DNA of 64,000 nucleotides from an uncultured cyanobacterium (GTDB lineage: Bacteria > Cyanobacteriota > Cyanobacteriia > Pseudanabaenales > Pseudanabaenaceae), in NCBI GenBank assembly GCA_963703315.1, contig OY969811.1:3008001-3072000 (forward strand), written 5' to 3'. The translations under genes were made by a program, and so were the position numbers. Under the pieces are notes generated by a model, which ran no database searches, was not told the DNA's origin, and saw nothing but the letters and a program-made list of their open reading frames with translations. Positions 57,619-64,000 of the stretch are shown here, piece by piece. Position 1 is the stretch's first letter, and each line of letters opens with the position of its first letter.

Positions 57619-58006
57619 CTACTCTATCCCAATCCTCGCCATCCAACACCGCAAACTCCGTCAACTCAGGATCATTAGCAAAATCTTCAGCCATTTCAGC
57701 CACAAAAGGCGACAACAAACGATGGCGCTCAGTCAAGGGCAGCTTAATCAACTCTCGCAAAGATAACCCATGTCCATCTGTAGCCAATCTAGCCTCAGAA
57801 ATCCTAACTTCATCACTTCTTTGTTGATATAGCCTCAGACTCTCTCGTAACCCATCATGCGCCTTAATTAAAACTTTATTGGCACTCGATACATCGCTTC
57901 CATTTACCAAAGACTGTTCAACATCTTCACAAAGAAACTGCATCGCTTGCAGCTTTTCCTCAAGTGATAAATCATGTAATACAGGTAGCAAACTTGTGAT
58001 ACTCAT
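57605..58006 (-). CDS. Putative antitoxin of the MazF-family toxin
   Basis: Overlaps the toxin start; acidic C-terminus (DPELTEF..DGEDW). Confidence 0.6.
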   Translation of the reverse strand: MSITSLLPVLHDLSLEEKLQAMQFLCEDVEQSLVNGSDVSSANKVLIKAHDGLRESLRLYQQRSDEVRISEARLATDGHGLSLRELIKLPLTERHRLLSPFVAEMAEDFANDPELTEFAVLDGEDWDRVDESF

Positions 58007-58094
58007 ACTCTTAACAAGGAAAAAGTAGAAAGGTAAAAGGAAAAATTGTATTTTTTAGAGCTATTAGCCTTCGCTAATCTCAAGAAAAATCCAA

Positions 58095-58664
58095 TTACCC
58101 CAGTTTGTAATTAGATAGACTTTCATTAATTTCAGCCAAGTCAAAAGCCTCAGCATCAAGCCCTCCCTCGTGATATTCCATCATTTCGGCATAATCTGGA
58201 TGACTAGGATCTGACAAAATCTCTAATAGATCCATATAGCCCCATGCTCCACCACAATCTTCAGGCGGACAAGCTCGTTTCCCCTTAATGCAAATAGGAT
58301 ACTTAAGTTTGGGATCGGGAGCTAAGATCTTCTCTAAAACAATTTTATGTTGCCAACCATCACCCATGTCATAGATATACCTGATCCAACTTTTCTCATG
58401 GGTCAACACCTGATTAACTTTAAATTTTGTCTCATCCTTGGAAGGTGTTCCAAAATCAAACAAATCGTTATCGGGCATTAATGGCATATAACTAGCTTCA
58501 CTACTTTCAAAACTGTGTAGGTGGTAATTTTGCCAAGGCATGATTGCTTGAATTACCAGATGTAGCTCATCTAACTTCATCGTACTTTCTACTAACACCC
58601 TGCGCCAAATCGGAGGGCGAATATCTTCTAAAGTAATTTTTAGTTGAAATATTGATCGGGGCAT
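58095..58664 (-). CDS. pRiA4b ORF-3 family protein
   Basis: PPIWRRVLV, HLHSF, YIYDMGDGWQH and CPPEDCGG motifs. Confidence 0.9.
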   Translation of the reverse strand: MPRSIFQLKITLEDIRPPIWRRVLVESTMKLDELHLVIQAIMPWQNYHLHSFESSEASYMPLMPDNDLFDFGTPSKDETKFKVNQVLTHEKSWIRYIYDMGDGWQHKIVLEKILAPDPKLKYPICIKGKRACPPEDCGGAWGYMDLLEILSDPSHPDYAEMMEYHEGGLDAEAFDLAEINESLSNYKLG

Positions 58665-58744
58665 TAGTTAATTAAAGACTAAAGGTTTTTAAAATTCTAC
58701 TACCTAAATAATTACATCAAGCTAACTCTTTAACTAATCCCTAG

Positions 58745-58797
58745 CGATCGCTTCTGGCAATACCTCAATCACCTTCCCCGACAGATCGAGTTCTTCC
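58745..58797 (-). repeat. 53-bp copy of the 5' region of the LRR-Roc gene (55777-55829)
   Basis: 50 of 53 positions identical; begins at a HIP1 site. Confidence 0.85.
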
Positions 58798-58855
58798 TAG
58801 GACGTGTCATCAATTGATTAGGGTTTTCCCCTAGTTTAATTGATGACACACCCTA
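58798..58855. mobile_element. Very small MITE-like element
   Basis: TA-GGACGTGTCATCAATT...AATTGATGACACACCC-TA. Confidence 0.65.
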
Positions 58856-58884
58856 CATAAAGAGTAGAAAAGGCACAGCCATTT

Positions 58885-59967
58885 CTAAACTGGTTGGAAA
58901 TAAAATGCGAAACCTAAAATTGCATAGGTTGCAACTAGCAAAGATCCTTCTAACCAATTCGATCGCCCATCGGAACTAATCGAATTCGCAATCAAAACTG
59001 CTACCGCCACAGCCACTAACTCAAAGGGATTGAAGTTTAAATCCATCGGCTGACCGATAAACCAACCAACAATTACTAGCAATGGTGCAACAAATAGGGC
59101 AATTTGCATACTTGAACCTACGGCTACTGATACCGATAGTTCCATTTTATTTTTCATTGCGACCGTAATCGCTGTTGTATGCTCCGCCGCATTACCAATA
59201 ATCGGTAAGAGAATTACCCCAGTAAATAGTTCCGTTAAACCTAGTTGGGCAGTTGCCTCTTCTAAAGTTCCTACTAAAAGCTCAGATTCTAAAGCAACTA
59301 ATAAAGTTACACCCAGTAGAACTGAAATCCATAGTTTAAGATTGATTTCCTGCGGATGACCTTCCGCCTCCTCAGCATCATCTGCTTCAGATTTGCCCAC
59401 ATCATAGAGATAGGCATGAGTTTTCATGGAGAATAGAAGCGTTAAACAATAAACAACAATTAAGACGATCGCTACAGAGATCGATAATTTTTGCAATATT
59501 TCTTCACTAATCCCAGTAGTTGTAAAATTTGCCGCCGTTGGTAACAAAATGGCAATTACCGCCAAATTCATCACCGAAGCATTTAATCGCGCCATCGTCG
59601 GCTGAAATTCTTGCTCTTTGTAACGCAGTCCACCCAAAAACATCGATAAGCCCATTACCAGCAACAGGTTGCCAATGATCGAGCCAGTGATGCTAGCTTT
59701 GACGACACCAGTAAATCCTGCATTCAAAGCCACGATCGCAATGATTAGCTCAGTCGCGTTACCAAAGGTGGCATTTAACAAACCGCCCCATGAAGGTCCC
59801 AAAACCACCGAGATTTCTTCGGTCGCAGTGCTGAGCCAACCTGCTAAGGGCAAAATGGCGATCGCCGAAGTCACAAATACCAGTGTCGAGTTCCATCCTA
59901 GCAAGTGACCGATCACCGATATTGGTACAAACGCAAGCAAACCAAAGGAAAAGATTTTCTTAAACAT
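58885..59967 (-). CDS. cax: Calcium/proton antiporter (CaCA family)
   Basis: GNATE and GNAAEH alpha-repeat motifs; about 11 TM helices. Confidence 0.93.
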   Translation of the reverse strand: MFKKIFSFGLLAFVPISVIGHLLGWNSTLVFVTSAIAILPLAGWLSTATEEISVVLGPSWGGLLNATFGNATELIIAIVALNAGFTGVVKASITGSIIGNLLLVMGLSMFLGGLRYKEQEFQPTMARLNASVMNLAVIAILLPTAANFTTTGISEEILQKLSISVAIVLIVVYCLTLLFSMKTHAYLYDVGKSEADDAEEAEGHPQEINLKLWISVLLGVTLLVALESELLVGTLEEATAQLGLTELFTGVILLPIIGNAAEHTTAITVAMKNKMELSVSVAVGSSMQIALFVAPLLVIVGWFIGQPMDLNFNPFELVAVAVAVLIANSISSDGRSNWLEGSLLVATYAILGFAFYFQPV

Positions 59968-60013
59968 ATTGCGGTTGTTGTAGAGTCAAGGCTAAATATA
60001 CCAACAAAACCCA

Positions 60014-60056
60014 AAAAAGTTAGAGGAGGTTACGACGTAACCTCCTCTAACTTTTT
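60014..60056. repeat. 20-bp-arm palindrome (GAC loop) between divergent genes
   Basis: aaaaagttagaggaggttac-gac-gtaacctcctctaacttttt. Confidence 0.85.
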
Positions 60057-60117
60057 GAAGGTTGCGATAAAATGTTCTAACAACTCAATGCTTGGCTGCT
60101 AATCAACAAAAACTTCT

Positions 60118-60726
60118 ATGACCGAACTTACCGCCGAACAACATCGCACCAAGATGCAACGCCGCCAAGAGGTGCAACATCAAAAAGTCGCAGAGCGTAA
60201 CCTCGAAAAAGGGCTGATTATCATTAATACGGGTGACGGCAAAGGCAAAACCACTGCGGCGTTGGGGATGGTATTGCGATCGCTAGGGCATGGGTACAAA
60301 GTGGCGATCGTCCAGTTCATCAAAGGGGCCTGGGAACCTGCGGAAAAGAAAGTTTTTGAAATGTGGCAGGATCAACTGGTTTTTCAGGCTCTCGGTGAGG
60401 GCTTTACATGGGAAACCCAAGACCGCGATCGCGATATTGCTAAAACCAAGGAAGCATGGGAAGTGGGACTTGGCTATATTAAAGATCCTGAGTACAAACT
60501 GGTTCTGCTCGATGAGGTGAATATTGCACTCAAATTAGGCTATCTTGATGTCGAAACGGTGATTGCAGGACTGCAAGAGAAACCTGCTGATTCCCATGTG
60601 ATTCTCACTGGACGCGGCGCACCTCCTGAACTAATTGAAGTTGCTGACTTAGTTACGAGAATGGAACTTGTCAAACATCCCTTTAGAGAACAAGGTGTTA
60701 AAGCTCAAGCAGGAATCGAGTTTTAG
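60118..60726 (+). CDS. cobO: Cob(I)alamin adenosyltransferase
   Basis: TGDGKGKTTAA, QFIKG, LDEVN, LTGR and KHPF motifs. Confidence 0.95.
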   Translation: MTELTAEQHRTKMQRRQEVQHQKVAERNLEKGLIIINTGDGKGKTTAALGMVLRSLGHGYKVAIVQFIKGAWEPAEKKVFEMWQDQLVFQALGEGFTWETQDRDRDIAKTKEAWEVGLGYIKDPEYKLVLLDEVNIALKLGYLDVETVIAGLQEKPADSHVILTGRGAPPELIEVADLVTRMELVKHPFREQGVKAQAGIEF

Positions 60727-60753
60727 AAAGAGCGCAAAGCGCTCTTTCTAAAA
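60721..60753. terminator. Hairpin overlapping the cobO stop codon
   Basis: ttttagaaagagcgc-aaa-gcgctctttctaaaa. Confidence 0.7.
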
Positions 60754-60782
60754 AAGTTCAAATCATTAAATTAGTAAGGAAT

Positions 60783-61871
60783 ATGTCAAAAATTGGTGTT
60801 GGTATTATCGGAACAGGATTCGGGCAGATTATCCATATTCCTGCTCTACAAATTCATCCTGATACCGAAGTTGTGGCGGTATACCATCGCGATCGCCTCA
60901 AAGCCCAACAAATTGCCGCTAAATTTAATATTCCCCATGCTTGCGATCGCCTTGAAGATTTACTGGCACTTCCCGCAGTCCAAGCAGTGACGATCTCCAC
61001 ACCACCGAGTTTTCACTATGAACAGGCAAAAGCAGCGATCGCCGCAGGTAAACATATTTTGCTAGAAAAACCTGTAACGATGAACTTTCAAGAGGCGATC
61101 GACCTATATCGGCTTGCCCAAGAGAAACAGGTAATCACCGCTACTGATTTTGAATTTCGCTGTGTTCCGCAATGGAAGTATTTCAAGCATTTGCTAGACC
61201 ATAATCATATTGGCAAAAAACGTCTAATTCAAATCGATTGGCTCGTACAAGGTCGCGCCGATCCAAAGCGGGTGTGGAATTGGTATAGCCAAAAAGAATT
61301 TGGTGGTGGCGCATTAGGAGCGATCGGTTCCCATGCCTTTGATTATGTGCGGTGGTTATTTGGCGATATCAAAAGTCTTTCTGGACAACTCAGTACAGGC
61401 ATTACCGAACGTCCTGATTCTAATGGAACGATGCGACCCGTTGATGCCGATGACACTTGCAACATTCTCTTAGAACTTGCCGATGGCACTCCCTGCAATA
61501 TTTCTTTAAGTACAGTCACCTATCGCGGTCGTGGGCATTGGCTAACAGTTTATGGGGAAAATGGAACGCTAGTATTAGGAAGTTCCAATCAATCAGATTA
61601 TGTGCATGGCTTTAGTCTGCGACAAGGCAAACTCGATCGCTCAGAAATGGAAATTGTCCCGATCCCTCCTGAGTATGATCTGCCGCAAACCTATACCGAT
61701 GGTCGCCTCGCGCCAGTACTCGCGATATGCGATCGCTGGGTACAGTCCATTCAAACTGGACAACCGATGACTCCGAGTCTCTATGAGGGGGCATGGTCAC
61801 AGTTACTGATGGATTTAACCCAAGAGTCCCATCATCAAAAGAAATGGATTGATGTACCTTCATCTATCTAA
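60783..61871 (+). CDS. Gfo/Idh/MocA-family oxidoreductase
   Basis: GIIGTGFG, EKP and GGALGAIGSH motifs. Confidence 0.92.
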   Translation: MSKIGVGIIGTGFGQIIHIPALQIHPDTEVVAVYHRDRLKAQQIAAKFNIPHACDRLEDLLALPAVQAVTISTPPSFHYEQAKAAIAAGKHILLEKPVTMNFQEAIDLYRLAQEKQVITATDFEFRCVPQWKYFKHLLDHNHIGKKRLIQIDWLVQGRADPKRVWNWYSQKEFGGGALGAIGSHAFDYVRWLFGDIKSLSGQLSTGITERPDSNGTMRPVDADDTCNILLELADGTPCNISLSTVTYRGRGHWLTVYGENGTLVLGSSNQSDYVHGFSLRQGKLDRSEMEIVPIPPEYDLPQTYTDGRLAPVLAICDRWVQSIQTGQPMTPSLYEGAWSQLLMDLTQESHHQKKWIDVPSSI

Positions 61872-61875
61872 GCAA

Positions 61876-62658
61876 ATGATCGAACAAATTACGCCCTTAA
61901 TTCTTACCTATAATGAAGCTCCCAATATCAAGCGCACCTTAGATCAATTACTTTGGGCAGAAAGAATTGTCGTCATCGATAGTTTTAGTGATGATGAAAC
62001 CTTAGATATTTTAGCTAGTTATCCCCAAGTAGAAGTTGTGCAACGTAAATTTGACAACCATACGGATCAATGGAATTACGGGTTAACCCAAGTAAAATCT
62101 GAATGGGTACTCTCTCTTGATGCTGATTATTTATTGTCAGAGGAACTAGCGCGAGAAATCCAATCAGTGATTGAAAATGAAAAATCTCAATTGATCGATG
62201 GATATTTCGCTCAGTTCCGCTATTGTGTATTTGGGAAGCCATTGAGAGCAACTTTGTTACCACCTCGTCAAGTTCTATTTCGTCCAAACAAAGCTATTTA
62301 TATAGACGATGGACATACACAGTTACTCCAAATGCGTGGTCAATCGGGAAATCTCAAAGCTTATATAGATCATGACGATCGCAAATCATTAAGTCGCTGG
62401 TTGCAATCGCAAGATCGCTATATGCAACTTGAGGCAAAGAAATTGTTGAGTACGCCGTCAAACCAATTAAGTTTAGGCGATCGCCTCCGCAAGCAAAAAG
62501 TAATCGCTCCGATAGTGATTTTGGTGTACTGCCTAGTTCTCAAGGGTGGAGTTTGCGATGGATGGGCAGGTTGGTATTATGCTTGGCAAAGAATGCTAGC
62601 TGAAGTTTTATTAGCGATTCGCTTAATTGAGTTTGAGCGCAATGAGCAATCCCCATAA
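61876..62658 (+). CDS. Family 2 glycosyltransferase
   Basis: ILTYNE, IDSFSDD and WVLSLDAD motifs. Confidence 0.92.
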   Translation: MIEQITPLILTYNEAPNIKRTLDQLLWAERIVVIDSFSDDETLDILASYPQVEVVQRKFDNHTDQWNYGLTQVKSEWVLSLDADYLLSEELAREIQSVIENEKSQLIDGYFAQFRYCVFGKPLRATLLPPRQVLFRPNKAIYIDDGHTQLLQMRGQSGNLKAYIDHDDRKSLSRWLQSQDRYMQLEAKKLLSTPSNQLSLGDRLRKQKVIAPIVILVYCLVLKGGVCDGWAGWYYAWQRMLAEVLLAIRLIEFERNEQSP

Positions 62659-62697
62659 GAGAAAGAGCGATGCGTTGCATCGCTCTTTCTCTTATGG
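62653..62697. terminator. Perfect 21-bp-arm palindrome joining two convergent stop codons
   Basis: ccataagagaaagagcgatgc-gtt-gcatcgctctttctcttatgg. Confidence 0.88.
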
Positions 62698-63264
62698 ATT
62701 TCTTCTTTGAGCAGTTGTAGTAGTGGGCATGATGCCGTCATTATTGGGTGAAGCGATTTCAGACGGGTCAAGTAACTTAATTGTCATTTGATTATTTTTG
62801 ATCCAGCCCTGCTTTCTTAAAAATATCTCTTGAGACTTACCAGAGTTTAGAGTTTGAGGTAATTTTTCTCTTAAGACATTTACCTTCTGCTCGACCGAGT
62901 TTACCTCATTGATGATTTCATCAAGGCGCTCTTTTTGGGATGACTGATAAGGAAGTAATTTGGTGATTGCCGCGATCGCTGCGAGCGACAGGGCGACATT
63001 GACCGCAATTACGATAATTGCCTCAGTTGCCTTAGACCGACAATACTGTTCGCGTTTGCGCTGGACATTTTGCGCGATCGCCTCACTATAGGGATTTGCC
63101 CCATTAAAGGCAGATGGCGAGTTAGTACTAGAGGTCGCATGGTTACTATGCGAAGACATACTCACAACATCATTTCGCCCGTACTGATCCTGCGATCGCA
63201 GGTTTTGTCTTGGTACTTGTGCAGAAAAGCGCGGAGATAAGTTTCGTTTAGCGACCATTTGCAA
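62692..63264 (-). CDS. Single-TM coiled-coil protein with FtsL/DivIC-like architecture
   Basis: TM helix followed by a leucine heptad coiled coil. Confidence 0.55.
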   Translation of the reverse strand: MQMVAKRNLSPRFSAQVPRQNLRSQDQYGRNDVVSMSSHSNHATSSTNSPSAFNGANPYSEAIAQNVQRKREQYCRSKATEAIIVIAVNVALSLAAIAAITKLLPYQSSQKERLDEIINEVNSVEQKVNVLREKLPQTLNSGKSQEIFLRKQGWIKNNQMTIKLLDPSEIASPNNDGIMPTTTTAQRRNP

Positions 63265-63296
63265 CCTCTAGGCTATAAAAATAGGTATTATGAGGA

Positions 63297-63395
63297 CTAA
63301 GAATTGGAAAGAGCGGAACCTAAGAGAACTGCTAATACTGCGGGAAACAGAGCAACTAGTAGTGCGGTGAAAACTTGAGCATCTGAGAGGTTCAT
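63297..63395 (-). CDS. psaM: Photosystem I subunit XII (below the ORF-track size cutoff)
   Basis: Manual translation MNLSDAQVFTALLVALFPAVLAVLLGSALSNS*; AGGAG ribosome-binding site upstream. Confidence 0.85.
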   Translation of the reverse strand: MNLSDAQVFTALLVALFPAVLAVLLGSALSNS

Positions 63396-63530
63396 AGAAT
63401 ATCTCCTAAATATAGTTTATATAAGTGATTATTTCGATCTTAACAATACACTGTCATATCCAAAAATAAAACCAAAAACTTAGTACAAATATGCTTTGCA
63501 TATCTTTACTAACGTTTACTAATATTTACG

Positions 63531-63623
63531 AAGTAGCTGGGCGCAATTACATATAAGATCCAAAAACCTGTGGCGCACGCGCAGCGTGCGCCACAGGTTT
63601 TTGGGATTGTGCCGAGGCACTTA
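63531..63623. mobile_element. MITE-like element, family A
   Basis: AAGTAGCTGGGCGCAATTA...TGTGCCGAGGCACTTA; internal hairpin nearly identical to the copy at 6899. Confidence 0.72.
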
Positions 63624-64000
63624 ATTTTGGTGTTCTAGGATGAATTGCTGAATGCGATCGCAAGTTTCAGGACGAATCTCATGAGCCATTTCGTACTCTT
63701 CATAGTCCACGCTTGCACCTAAACCCTCAAATACTTGTTTGGCATTACGCGCCGCACCAATCGGAACTACAGTATCCTCTGAGCCATGAGCAATAAAAAT
63801 CGGTGGAAATTTTTCATTGGCAAACTCCTGTAATTCCTCTTCTGAAATATGCAAATATCCACTTAGGGAAATTAACCCTGCTAAGGGAAATCCTAAGCCA
63901 ACATCTAAGGTCATTGCTCCGCCTTGTGAGAAACCTAATAGAAATGTCTTCTCTAGGGGAATACCAGTAAGTGATGGTAAATCTTCAAGGAATTGACTGA
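63621..64000 (-). CDS. Phospholipase/carboxylesterase (alpha/beta hydrolase); 5' end lies outside the window
   Basis: GFSQGG nucleophile motif, HGSEDTVVP and MAHEI. Confidence 0.88.
   Translation of the reverse strand, partial: SQFLEDLPSLTGIPLEKTFLLGFSQGGAMTLDVGLGFPLAGLISLSGYLHISEEELQEFANEKFPPIFIAHGSEDTVVPIGAARNAKQVFEGLGASVDYEEYEMAHEIRPETCDRIQQFILEHQN

Noticed and set aside
55777..58797. Repeat pair as the template and variable regions of a diversity-generating retroelement
   Set aside because: There is no reverse transcriptase in the window, only 3 mismatches, and the copy matches a 5' region rather than a C-terminal variable region.

Overview
Cyanobacterial chromosomal window, Pseudanabaena-like by inference: it is rich in the HIP1 octamer GCGATCGC and carries psaM and a kai cluster. 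Housekeeping genes include pflB, thrS, tRNA-Ser(GCT), metF, clpP, glmM, fabD, cobO, a Ca2+/H+ antiporter and psaM. Signalling genes include a kaiC2-type kaiC-kaiB-kaiB-PAS kinase operon, two further PAS kinases and two GGDEF-EAL proteins. There are also four type IV pilin-like genes and two convergent pentameric ligand-gated ion channel (pLGIC)-like genes. Accessory patches hold two intact IS elements that disrupt an Rpn-family remnant and an LRR-Roc-COR gene, a fused restriction-modification gene, and several toxin-antitoxin (TA) cassettes. Four observations stand out. (1) About 18 long intergenic palindromes nearly all have a 3-nt loop closed by C-G, with locus-specific arms that sometimes mirror the last codons of adjacent genes; several are nested in small MITE-like shells. 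(2) A soluble tandem class III cyclase has its catalytic residues split between two domains, as in mammalian C1/C2. (3) A periplasmic-binding-protein-pLGIC fusion faces a second pLGIC-like gene. (4) Gene-fragment scars break at HIP1 sites. All calls come from reading motifs by eye; no database searches were run.
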